Assembly (NCBI GenBank): GCA_027923505.1
Contig: BROI01000014.1
Coordinates: forward strand, 434,001 to 498,000
Source of the DNA: Mayamaea pseudoterrestris
Taxonomy: Eukaryota
Direction of reading: 5' to 3'
DNA length: 64,000 nucleotides
Shown: one piece after another, positions 1-11,144 of the stretch
Layout: each line of letters begins with the position of its first letter
How positions within the stretch are numbered: position 1 is the first letter of the stretch
Made by a program: the position numbers and the translations under genes
The notes under the pieces: generated by a model
The model's database searches: none
What the model was told of the DNA's origin: nothing
Seen by the model: only the letters and a program-made list of their open reading frames with translations

Positions 1-14
1 AGGTACATCATCGC

Positions 15-496
15 CTAAATCTCAATTTGCGTGCTTGTCGCTTTCGCTTTCCCGGACGACGACGGTGGCACGGGAGATCGTGGTATGCCAAGAGGCGGCG
101 CCGGAGGAGGACTTGCTGCAGCTGCTCCGTTGAGTGAGTTTGGACGATGGTTGCCATTGTTCAAAATGGTTTGCTTGTCAATGCCAGCGTCGTCGGCTAG
201 TTCGCTGACGTGCTGCTCCAGTTCGTCAATCCGTTTGCCAAGCTCATCCATTCTTCCGTTAATCTTGCTTCCAAGTTGTTGGAATCGATCTTGCTGTTGT
301 ATTTGCGAAACCAGAAGGAATGCTTGTGAGAGGCAAGGTCGAATGTCGGAGGGGCAACTTTTGATGCAAAAAGGTTACGCACCATTTCTTGGAGGAGCGA
401 ATCGACAAAGGCTGTCAAATCATTGGCATTCTCAATAGGCCTAGCAGCTGCAGTAGGAGAAGACTGCGAAGCTTCTTGGGTGGGAGACTGCGCCAT
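15..496 (-). CDS. HSBP1: Heat shock factor binding protein 1; exons 496-383, 293-15
   Basis: Spliced product ...DLTAFVDSLLQEM|QDRFQQLGSKINGRMDELGKRIDELEQHVSEL matches the HSBP1 coiled coil. GT-AG intron 382-294. Confidence 0.9.
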
Positions 497-770
497 TATA
501 AAGTATAGTACTGTATAGCCTTGGTGTGAATGTAAACAACAAGTGAAGCGTCTGTGTGTTGTAAGGCCGACGCTTTTGGTGCGCTTTGAAAATCAAAGCG
601 GCACGCGCGCATGTAGTTAAGAAACGTCACTTTGTCACATCGCGTTTGAAAACTCCATCGTGAAGGGCGATCGCTCCGAGGGTCTGGCTCGCCAACCAAC
701 GGACGGCACAACCCTCGACCTCCAAGCGTCAAACAAACTCTTTACATCACGCTGCAGCAGACTTGAGACC

Positions 771-1520
771 ATGGCGGACGACGACGGCAACTACAACTAC
801 TTTAACGAGGGCAATGTCAGCAATTTGTGTACAAGCTGGGCGCCTATTTTGGGCATGACTGGAATTGTAGCGTCCGTGGCATTGGCGAGTGAGTAAATCT
901 TGAGGAACAGCCAAGTGGCAGCAATAGAATGCTACTGCTATTGCCGAGACACAAGCGTCTATACTTGTAGTCGGATGTACTGTTAATCTAACAACTCTTT
1001 TTGTCATTGAACAGATCTCGGAGGCGCCTACGGAACAGCCAAGGCTGGCCAAGGCCTCATGGCCATGGGGATTCGATCGCCGGAACTGCTCATGAAGAAT
1101 ATTATTCCAGTCGTCATGGCTGGAGTCTTGGGTATTTACGGTCTCATTGTCGCTGTCATTCTCAATGGAAAATTCAGTCCTCCGACGCAAGGAACTGGCT
1201 ACGCGACATACTCGCAATATAATGGATTTTCGCACTTGTCGGCTGGTCTTTGCTGCGGACTATGCTCGTTGGCGAGTGGCATTGCCATTGGAATTGCAGC
1301 AGATGCTGGAACAAGAGCGGTCGGAGCGCAGAGTGCCATGGCAGCGTCGTGGAAAAAGATGGGATTCACTGGAGATGCTGGAGGTCAAGTGACGAGCAGT
1401 GGAGATGCGCTCTTTGTCGGCACGATTTTGATTCAAGTCTTTGCGTCCAACTTGGGCTTGTATGGACTTATTACGTCTCTCATTTTGTCACAATCCGACT
1501 ACCAATGCCAACCAGAATAA
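771..1520 (+). CDS. V-type H+-ATPase proteolipid subunit c-like protein (divergent); exons 771-888, 1015-1520
   Basis: NLGGAYGTAKAG, PELLMKNIIPVVMAGVLGIYGLIVAV and LGLYGLI motifs. GT-AG intron 889-1014. TM4 reads FASNLG in place of canonical FAE(A/V)LG. Confidence 0.9.
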
Positions 1521-1656
1521 ACCGAGGCTTTTACTATTAATTAACAAGTCTCAAATTAAAATTTCTATAATAATTTATCTGTCTGTGATTACAAAAGTGG
1601 ATGGCAACTAACATACAAGCCGCACACGCACTAGCATTGTGCGTTTACCGCTCTCC

Positions 1657-4182
1657 TCAATCATCGTCCTCAACGTCAAAGCGCTTCAAGTACTTTCGTA
1701 GCTCAATCATGGCCTTGCTTCGTTTCGCAAGTGCATTCGAAAATCCCTTGTTGTGGTAATGCAGAGATCCATAGTATCGATGCTGCCGCAATACATCCGT
1801 CCGCGTCACCATGCCAACCAGCTGCTTGGTACCTTCCAAGACGACTGGAATACAGCCAACGTCAGTTTCAAAGAGAAAGGACTCTACCTCGGCCATGGTT
1901 TTTGTAGCTTCCACGGTTTGAACATTGTTCAACATCCACGCCTTGACTGGAGTTCCTAGTTTGCGTTCGTCGGTTACCTTTTGGTCCACAGGGATTTCTA
2001 GTCCCTTTTCGGCCGCTGCAAGTTGGCGACGTAGTCGCTTTTGCTCCTTGTTCCACAAACGTTGTTTGGCGGCAGCCACTTCCTTGTACGTGACAATGCC
2101 AATGACATCGTTATTGTCGTCGCAGACGGGCAGTGCCCGAACGTCGTAGCGAATGAACAACTCTTCCACTTGCTTCTCCGTCATGTGCGGCTGCGCCGAC
2201 AAGACCGGCGATGTCATGAAGTCGCCAACGAGTGACTGTGCCTTGAGACTTCCGGAAATGAGCTCATCCACAAGACCTTGGAGGATTCCATCGGCCTCCG
2301 ATTCATCGTTCAAGCGGACCGTAGCAGAAGCTGCTTTGGGATGCCCACCGCCGCCGTACTTTTCAAACAGCTTGTTCAGCTTGACGGAGCGAATGTTCAT
2401 GCCAGCCTTGACGCGGCCAATGACAATCATGGTGAGGGAGCGCTTGCCTGCGTTCTCGTCCTCTTGATGCTTCTCGGCTGCATCAGCGCAAACGACGAAT
2501 TCTGGAAAGGATATTTTACCGTCCTCGTTGGTGTCAACATCCCTTATCATGCTACTTATTGCTTGGCCTGAAGTGATCATTCCGGAGGATGCCAAGGCAG
2601 AAACCACTTCCCTCTTGTCCAAAAAGCCTGATCCATCTCTGTCAATGCGGTCAAACGCTGCCCGCAAACGTTTTCTTCGCAAGCCTTCCTCGCCACCACG
2701 CCAAGCTTCCGTATACATGATGCCAGACGCATCCGTAACATTCGACTTGCTTTGCTCCTTGGAGGTGGACAAAAGTCGTCGCGCCAGCAAGCCTGGGGTC
2801 TCGTCATTTTGCTGCTGCTGTCGCTTCTTGGCCTTTCCACGGCCACCGGCACTAGCTTCATACACCAAACCTAGCAGAAAAATGTCACTACTGCTCAGCT
2901 CCAGCGCATCATGCGTCACTGCCGCCAACCCATGAATGAAGCCATCGGCTGACAGCAACACAGTCGACAGCGTGACACCATGCACCCGCGTCGTGTTGGC
3001 ATTCATGAGTGCCTGCGTCAAAACTCCCTGCTGCTCGTTCGACAAGGACGAGTGTGCATGCTCGGCAATGGCTGCTTGGGAAGCCCCCTGCTCCAAGCAC
3101 CAGGCTAGTGCTATTGCGTCCCGCGGCGTGGTCGAGTCGAAACAAAGTGAACCAGTGTCGGCATGAATGCCCAGTGCCAGCAAGGTTGCCTCCGCCTCCG
3201 ACAGTGCAACGCCATCTCCAGCTGCCTTTAGATGCTCGACAATCATGGTGGAAACACTACCAACCTTGTCGACAACATAGTCAGTCGCCGATATATCGGA
3301 ATCTTGATCAATGTGATGATCAACAACGGTAATACGCTTGGCGTGCTGCAGCAATGGCTCCGCCGGTCCCAGGCGATCCCGCCGCTGCGCATCCACGAGC
3401 GCCAGTCGATTCAAGTTGGACAGATCGCTCGGCAGCGACTTGAGGCTGCGAATGGGAAACAAGTGCTTGTGCAGCGCCAGAAAGCGATGTACGCCAGGAT
3501 GAGCGCCGCGGGGAAGCACGACAAAGGTTGGTACGTGACTGGCCGAGTCAAACGACGTGGATTGTTGCTGCTGCTTGTTGGCGCCATAGTTTTGCCGACT
3601 CGTCGTTGCCAATGTGCTGTTTTGGCTCCATAGCTTGGCCAAGCCAACGGCGCTGGCGAGTGAGTCAAAGTCGGCCGTGCAGTGCGTCAAGACCACGTTG
3701 AAACCAGTTGTTGGAACAATGCGCGCGGGAAGATCAGCAACTGGTTGTTTTGGATGTTTTATCTTGACAGTCGTTGCGTTTGATTTTACCGGGCTTGCCA
3801 GTGCTGCTCCGTTGATTGCTGGTGATGGTTGAATAGTCGTCTTTTCCAAAGGTCGTGCGGTAATTTTGCCTTGTTTATCACTCATAATCTTTAGTCCATT
3901 GTCATACATTTCCCTTGCAGTATACGTTCGAGTCTTTCGGTTTCGCTTCTTTGGCTCAGGATCGTCCGCTGCTGCTGCTTTTTCTCGTAATTGGTGTAGA
4001 AATGGTCGGAACAAAAACCGAGGTGCGGAAGATGTAGATGGTCTCAAGTGCCGCTTTCGAGTCGGCGTTATCCAGGCTGAAGTGGAAATGAGTAGCACCG
4101 TCGTATATACGATAGAAACTCGTATTCTAGGCGGTCTCATTGCGATAGTGATGATGGCTGTAGCAAGATGAAAGCGATCCAA
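1657..4182 (-). CDS. DHH-family phosphoesterase with inserted EF-hand pair, DHHA1 domain and CBS pair; probably plastid-targeted (start may be ATG at 4140)
   Basis: Motifs HCTADFD, VVDHH, DTGSL, GGGGHPKAASA, EF loops DRDGSGFLDKRE and DTNEDGKISFPE, and CBS repeats (VGDFMTSPV...GMVTRTDVL). Hydrophobic N-terminus ends in TSA-W. Confidence 0.85.
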   Translation of the reverse strand: MDRFHLATAIITIAMRPPRIRVSIVYTTVLLISTSAWITPTRKRHLRPSTSSAPRFLFRPFLHQLREKAAAADDPEPKKRNRKTRTYTAREMYDNGLKIMSDKQGKITARPLEKTTIQPSPAINGAALASPVKSNATTVKIKHPKQPVADLPARIVPTTGFNVVLTHCTADFDSLASAVGLAKLWSQNSTLATTSRQNYGANKQQQQSTSFDSASHVPTFVVLPRGAHPGVHRFLALHKHLFPIRSLKSLPSDLSNLNRLALVDAQRRDRLGPAEPLLQHAKRITVVDHHIDQDSDISATDYVVDKVGSVSTMIVEHLKAAGDGVALSEAEATLLALGIHADTGSLCFDSTTPRDAIALAWCLEQGASQAAIAEHAHSSLSNEQQGVLTQALMNANTTRVHGVTLSTVLLSADGFIHGLAAVTHDALELSSSDIFLLGLVYEASAGGRGKAKKRQQQQNDETPGLLARRLLSTSKEQSKSNVTDASGIMYTEAWRGGEEGLRRKRLRAAFDRIDRDGSGFLDKREVVSALASSGMITSGQAISSMIRDVDTNEDGKISFPEFVVCADAAEKHQEDENAGKRSLTMIVIGRVKAGMNIRSVKLNKLFEKYGGGGHPKAASATVRLNDESEADGILQGLVDELISGSLKAQSLVGDFMTSPVLSAQPHMTEKQVEELFIRYDVRALPVCDDNNDVIGIVTYKEVAAAKQRLWNKEQKRLRRQLAAAEKGLEIPVDQKVTDERKLGTPVKAWMLNNVQTVEATKTMAEVESFLFETDVGCIPVVLEGTKQLVGMVTRTDVLRQHRYYGSLHYHNKGFSNALAKRSKAMIELRKYLKRFDVEDDD

Positions 4183-4645
4183 ATGGAATTGATGAACGAA
4201 ACTGAGCCTATCAATATCAGCAAGACGGATCGTCTCGCAGCTTCGCTTGCTGAAAATTTACAAACACTACTTTGGGACTTAGACTGATTGCTTTGAATGC
4301 TGCAATACAGGACAATTCGATACATGCAAGCTTCTACAAGAGCAGGATCAAGCCTTGCTTGGTCAAGAGGCTGTTTGGCTGTCATGGTTGGGCGCGATCC
4401 ACGACTCGAGCAACGCGGGACACAACACGCGTCGCATCAGTACTCACGCGAGGCTCACACCATGGTCGAGTTTCATGCAAGGAAAACGACTTCCATCTTA
4501 CAACCTGCTGATGTGAAGCTAAAGTCGTTCCAAAAGAGACTATATAACAATGGAAGCAACCGTCTATTTAAGTTGCCGGTTGGTCAGACAAGATCGCATC
4601 TTGTCAAGGACGCCTCTTTGTCGATTAGCTCACTGTCAATTCAGA

Positions 4646-5726
<1,081 letters not shown>

Positions 5727-6033
5727 GGTATACAAATCTCTCTTTAGTAGCTAAATGATGCAATGGCGAGTGTGTCGACGACTGAATGTCCTTTGCTTGG
5801 ACGACGACGATGAGTTTTACGTCGACCTTTTGATCATGGACGTCGTGGATCGGCATGCGTCGCAGAATCATGATGATCAAAATCGCACCGGTTTCAACGA
5901 CTGACGTCAGTTCCCAGTCTAGCTATCTGGTGTCGCTCTTTTCAGCCTTTGCCTGTCAGACCAATGCATCCACATCGTACAGATATTGCGTCGCTCAACA
6001 CATTTAAGTCTATTAAAACTATCTCCGTTGAGA

Positions 6034-6873
6034 CTAATTGTTTATGCTAGCACTGTCGTCCTGCTTCTTTCGCACCTCTTCAAAGCGACTCTCCAAGTCA
6101 GGTTTGCCTCGCAAGAATTCTCGAAGTTGCACTGCTGGATGAAGATACCCTCGCGTCTTCCAGTTTGTATAATATGGTTGCCACTTAGGTGGAGGTCGGG
6201 CTTGTCGAATGTACTTGTCTTCGTAACGATGCGGTCGCAGTAACACGCGAAGCGCCAAGCGATTGTAATGCACGGTTGAAACTTGACCACCGGCTTGTTC
6301 AACGGCGTCGATGGCTGCTTCGGATGCGCGGCTAATCAACAGGTCCAAGGGTTGTTTTATGTTTTCCTTTCCATCGGCAAGTAATTTGACTCCGTGTTTC
6401 ACTGCGCTCGCTTTGTATATTCCTGCCAGTTGTAGCTCTCGCAATGTAATCCGTTGACTAGCATCGATACGCCCCATATCAATGTAATTTTGTATTGTAT
6501 TCAAATTGAGTGGAAACATTGGAGACTCGTGTCGTTTATTGTTCATTCCGCGCTTTGGAAGTAGCTTGTAAAACTTGGTTTGTCCGCCCTCAAACGTCGG
6601 TGGAATGGAACCTCCGCTGCGACTCTTTTGACCCTTGTGACCGCGCCCACTCGTCTTGCCCTTGCTGGAACCTATACCTCGGCCGACGCGTCGCTTCTTC
6701 TTGACAGCGCCAGGATTATCTTGCAAGTTATTTAGGCGCACAAATTCTACAATTTGTGGCGATCCTTCTTGCTTGATCGTCGAGGCTGTTGATAGCCGAG
6801 ATGCTATTATAGTCTGCAGTCGGTTAGGAAGCGACCCAGTCCGCAGTATACGACCAGGAATTGCTTTCCACAT
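6034..6873 (-). CDS. MRPL15: Mitochondrial ribosomal protein uL15m
   Basis: RVGRGIGSSKGKTSGRGHKGQKSR, FEGGQT and LPKRG motifs. Basic presequence from MWKAIPGR. Confidence 0.9.
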   Translation of the reverse strand: MWKAIPGRILRTGSLPNRLQTIIASRLSTASTIKQEGSPQIVEFVRLNNLQDNPGAVKKKRRVGRGIGSSKGKTSGRGHKGQKSRSGGSIPPTFEGGQTKFYKLLPKRGMNNKRHESPMFPLNLNTIQNYIDMGRIDASQRITLRELQLAGIYKASAVKHGVKLLADGKENIKQPLDLLISRASEAAIDAVEQAGGQVSTVHYNRLALRVLLRPHRYEDKYIRQARPPPKWQPYYTNWKTRGYLHPAVQLREFLRGKPDLESRFEEVRKKQDDSASINN

Positions 6874-7242
6874 GATATTTATTAGACACAAGGACAGTCT
6901 CGTCTTCACTGCATAGTAATGGTGTTTGGAGCTGAGCAAGCAGAACAATCGGGTGGTTTCTCCATGGGTGGGATCGATCGGCTGTCAAACATCGTCTGTC
7001 CGCCGCATCGGTACCGAAGCGATTGACTATTCATCCTTGCAATATGTGGTTCAACGCATCGAGTCATGTTAGCTCATTTCGGACAAGACCCAACAAACGA
7101 CTTGCAAGGCTTGACAAAAGATTGCTTGTCCATACTATGCTTACGATACTGCTTTGTGCATGGATATAGTGCTCTTCATTGGCTCTATCCCAACCACATT
7201 ATCCAATACCCAAGTCATTTATTTGTTGACAGGTCTGCAACC

Positions 7243-7551
7243 ATGGGCGCCTCAGCATCCACAATTGCCACCGTTGTGAGCACGCACAGGGAAATTAACC
7301 AAAGTATCGACGATTTTAATGGCGCTGTTGAAAAACATGAGCGAAACATATTTGACGGCTATTGTCCCGAAGTCATTGCCAAGGCGCAACGAAAGAAGCA
7401 ACTAGAGGAAACTTACCGTGAGAAGCTTCGGGTGCGGCAGGAGCGCAAGTCCAAGATTTTGGAGCAATTCATATACAACCAGCGGCAACAAACTAATCCA
7501 GTCATTGAAGCAATCATGGGTCGAGCAGCGGAATGTGAGGTGCAACATTGA
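7243..7551 (+). CDS. Small hypothetical protein (MGASAS start, charged helical C-terminus)
   Basis: ATG in good context (aaccATGG), 102 aa. No recognised domain. Confidence 0.4.
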   Translation: MGASASTIATVVSTHREINQSIDDFNGAVEKHERNIFDGYCPEVIAKAQRKKQLEETYREKLRVRQERKSKILEQFIYNQRQQTNPVIEAIMGRAAECEVQH

Positions 7552-7778
7552 CAAGGCCGCATGGATTGCATACGACAGTCACCCAAAATTGGAAATTTTC
7601 TATAACCATTCAATATGCTAGTGTGTCCGTAAACTGCGGTATACTTATGTACTAGCCATCTTTGCAGACTTGGTCATGTGCTAACTCGTTGTACGTATGA
7701 ACTTTCGATAAAACAATAGCTCAATGTCGCAGTAGTACTAAACAGAGCAAAGAATCGGATCGACACGTCATTTGTTCC

Positions 7779-8630
7779 ATGGATTCCACCATGGCGGCAC
7801 GATCAGTTCAGTCATTGTTTCGCCTATTGATATGTCTACTTGTCGCATCAACTCTTGACTGCATTGCAAAGGCACTGGCTTTGCACCAAACGATAACCAT
7901 GGGTCTTTCACAGCCACAAAATCAGCGACCGACGGATGTTGTTTCGTCGCCAATAGCCTTGCCGAAAACTATCTTTGCCATTCGCCATGGACTTTCCACT
8001 GCGAATGAATACATGAGAAAACCTGGTAATCAATGGGGAGACCCTGACTTTAACGACAAGACGGATATTGACGCTCCGTTAAGTGAGGTCGGGAGACGGC
8101 AAGCTCGTCTTCTTTTAAACAACAAGGAGCTCTTCGAGTCTGTCGATTTGGTGCTCGTGAGTCCGTTGCGACGTTGTTTGCAAACATATTTGGAAGGAGT
8201 GCAGCCAGTTTGCGCAAAGAAGGCAATTGTGCTGCCTTTGCTGCGGGAACGAGTGTATACTCAATCCGATACATCATCATTCTCCCTCCAAGAATTGTCG
8301 CGACAACATCCGTCGCTTGATTTCTCGGAGGTTTTGATACACGAGAATGAGCCATGGCACTATACACCATCAGCCCTTGATGGTGAATATGAGGAATGGC
8401 GACCGAACGATGCACAGCAAACGTATGCAGTCCCTGGAGAACCAGAGCACATTTTTGAACGGCGAATGAATGAGCTTGGGCATTGGCTACAACAAAGACC
8501 AGAGACAAGAATACTCATCGTATCACACTGGGGTGTAATACGGCATTTTACGAACAAAGAGGCCGGGAACTGTCAAGTGGTGCATTTTCAGTTAGAAGCG
8601 GGAAGTGAGAATGCTAAACCGAAATTGTAG
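7779..8630 (+). CDS. Histidine phosphatase (phosphoglycerate mutase-like) with N-terminal signal
   Basis: IRHG, DAPLS, VSPLRRCLQT, LRER and VSHWG motifs. Confidence 0.88.
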   Translation: MDSTMAARSVQSLFRLLICLLVASTLDCIAKALALHQTITMGLSQPQNQRPTDVVSSPIALPKTIFAIRHGLSTANEYMRKPGNQWGDPDFNDKTDIDAPLSEVGRRQARLLLNNKELFESVDLVLVSPLRRCLQTYLEGVQPVCAKKAIVLPLLRERVYTQSDTSSFSLQELSRQHPSLDFSEVLIHENEPWHYTPSALDGEYEEWRPNDAQQTYAVPGEPEHIFERRMNELGHWLQQRPETRILIVSHWGVIRHFTNKEAGNCQVVHFQLEAGSENAKPKL

Positions 8631-8684
8631 ATAACTCGAAAACATTGTTTATAATTCTTGTTATCACATTTACTTCTATCAAAT

Positions 8685-10517
8685 TTAATCCGGCAGTATC
8701 TCTATGATAGGCCTCCCGACTATATGGGTAGATGCGTTCTCCCTTTCGGTAAGTCTTCCTTGCGGAATGACCCCCGAAATATTCAATGAAGCAACACCGA
8801 GACTGCAATTTAACAACTCTGTCGAGCGTAAGGGTTGCAACTCTGCTTCTTGTTTCTCTTTTAAAGTGGCTTTCTGTGTTTCCGACGAATCACTTGCATC
8901 GGCTTCACCGTCCGAGCTGTCCGAATCGTCACCACAGTCGCTGTCCTCGTCGCCATCATCACTTTCTGCAGCGCTATACCGCTCTTCCTCGTTCACTTCG
9001 TCGCTCTGAAGATATGCATCATAAACGGTATTTTCAATTTCCGCCAAACCAAGTTCCAATCGATCCCGCAAATCATCATCGGCAGCCACCACTTTGAGCT
9101 TGAGCTGTTCACTCAATTCTTTCATTTTTCGTTCCAGATCCTGGCTACCATGTGACTGTTGCAGCCATGCCAAGTATGGATCCACAAGTAGCTTATTGTT
9201 CAAGTAGTACAACTCGCTTTGGTGCAAAATTTCCCGCACTTGAAGCAAGCAGCGAATCGCACATCGACGACCGCGCGCCAAGATACATCCAACATGCTGC
9301 CATATTTTGACGGCAAAATGTAAATTACGGAGATAGGGATAAATGAGGCTTCGACGAGTGGATGACAAAATAACTGTGTCAAGTGTTTCGCTCAAACCAC
9401 TGCTGCACTTGTCCAGTATCCAAGCGTCGTCAAGCCAGTCGTTCAGCCAACTGAATGAAGCACTAAGTATGGATATGGTCCATGCTGATTCCACCGTCGG
9501 GTCTCCATCCGTCATCAAATGATCGTAAGCATACGCGAAAAGTATGTCCAAAAGACCGAGCAAGAGTCCATCTTCAAACGCTGGGTCGATTGGCGGCAAT
9601 AGCGGATAAGGAATAGAAGCGAGTTGTATGGACTCGTCTTGCGTAAAATACTGGACTTTCAAACACGATTCTTTGTTATCCACAAGTGACATAGATTGCA
9701 ATAGGTCGGGCAAATTGTCTTGGTTTGTTTCATCATTGGTAATCCAATGTGGACGCATTGACATGGCACTCATGTACAAATAATCGTCCTGACATTCCAT
9801 GTCCTGTAAATATCGCTCGCTATCAAACGCTTCTTGCTCCACATTTCGACGCTCCTTTCGTCGTTGCGAGCGTATGTTGCTGTCGATCGTTATTGTTGCG
9901 CCTTCCTCCGGCCAGGGTGACTCGTACATTTCCTTGGCGAGTCCATCCCGAGTCCAATCAACAAAAACACCTTGAAACATGCGCATGAAACCATAGCTCG
10001 TGTTCGACGAGGACCATGATGACTGATACGAACCAGCAATTGCGTGACTGTCACTGGCTGCTGTAGCTTCTCCGTCGCAACCATTGGAAGCGGTCTTCGT
10101 CGTCGTCGACTCTTTGACAACTTGCTGTATCCATTGACTCGTCGTTTGTCGCGCATCCTGCTTGATCGGCATGAGCTTACCCAGCAAGTCCAAATCCGTC
10201 CACGTCAGGTTAGGTTGCGCCTTGGCAAGCATAAGGCGCAACGTTCCATTTTGAATCATTGGATGAAAGGTTGCCGCAGCAGCCGCCATTGCTGCTGCCT
10301 CCGACTCGGCTTCGGCTTGCTCCGCCGCCGTTTCAGCCAGTGCGCGCTCAAAGTTGAGTATCAGCAGATATGGCGGACATGCCCAGTGTAATCGGTGGTT
10401 CGCTTCCGATAGTGCCAAGTGCATGGAATCAAGGTTGACCCGCACATGAGGGACGGAAATGTCGAGGATGATATGCGAGTCAGTCTGCGATAGGGTAAAT
10501 TGAGGGGTAATTGGCAT
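8685..10517 (-). CDS. SHQ1: H/ACA RNP assembly chaperone SHQ1
   Basis: N-terminal ITPQFTLSQ CS domain, PPYLL, DILFAYAYD...GDPTVESAWTI, RRSLIYPYLRN, RPIIEIL C-terminus. Confidence 0.92.
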   Translation of the reverse strand: MPITPQFTLSQTDSHIILDISVPHVRVNLDSMHLALSEANHRLHWACPPYLLILNFERALAETAAEQAEAESEAAAMAAAAATFHPMIQNGTLRLMLAKAQPNLTWTDLDLLGKLMPIKQDARQTTSQWIQQVVKESTTTKTASNGCDGEATAASDSHAIAGSYQSSWSSSNTSYGFMRMFQGVFVDWTRDGLAKEMYESPWPEEGATITIDSNIRSQRRKERRNVEQEAFDSERYLQDMECQDDYLYMSAMSMRPHWITNDETNQDNLPDLLQSMSLVDNKESCLKVQYFTQDESIQLASIPYPLLPPIDPAFEDGLLLGLLDILFAYAYDHLMTDGDPTVESAWTISILSASFSWLNDWLDDAWILDKCSSGLSETLDTVILSSTRRSLIYPYLRNLHFAVKIWQHVGCILARGRRCAIRCLLQVREILHQSELYYLNNKLLVDPYLAWLQQSHGSQDLERKMKELSEQLKLKVVAADDDLRDRLELGLAEIENTVYDAYLQSDEVNEEERYSAAESDDGDEDSDCGDDSDSSDGEADASDSSETQKATLKEKQEAELQPLRSTELLNCSLGVASLNISGVIPQGRLTERENASTHIVGRPIIEILPD

Positions 10518-11144
10518 TGTTGTAAATGGCGAAAGACTGTTTGGTGCAGAATTTAGAGCATGAAGGCGTTGTGTTGGAAGTTTATGGAAAAATGAATGGC
10601 GATCTCATGGTGATCTCGTGGTGATTGTTGTTGACGATGTGCGCGTCGCATCGGTTTCTTTTGGCGAGGGCCGGCCGCAAACAATGGAACGTCCGTTTCC
10701 GGCGAAAGTAATCATCAAAGCGAAGAGTGCGCAGCGAGAGTCAACATATACCATTGACTCTATACCTTGCACTATCATTAAAAGAGATCATTTAAATACC
10801 ATTCAAAATGAGGCGCAACGAGCTCAATGCGTTGGTTCTCCTCCATGAAGCAGGTGCGCTTCATTGCATTGCCAGCAAAGCAGTGCAGCAAAGAAGTCAT
10901 GTAAAGTTTTCGAGTCGAATAAAAAGCTTGAAATAAAGCTTGCTATTGAGTGAGACGAAAGCGAAAGAGCTCAGCTGAAGGTGGCCGCAAAGTAAGTCCG
11001 CACATCGTCGTAGAGTTTAGGCGCTGAACAACTGCTTGGTGCGCATAACTGTCGCTGTCGCCAAGAATTTAAATAAGAATCCACGAAGTATTTAATATAG
11101 TAAAAGTAAAGTGTGCAAGAGTTCGACTGGATATATGACGCAAT

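Noticed and set aside
905..916. GGAACAGCCAAG in the V-ATPase intron repeated in exon 2
   Set aside because: A single 12-nt match is insufficient to claim intron gain by duplication.
5901..5910. CTGACGTCAG bZIP/CRE-like site upstream of fabG
   Set aside because: Short palindrome that can occur by chance; no independent support.
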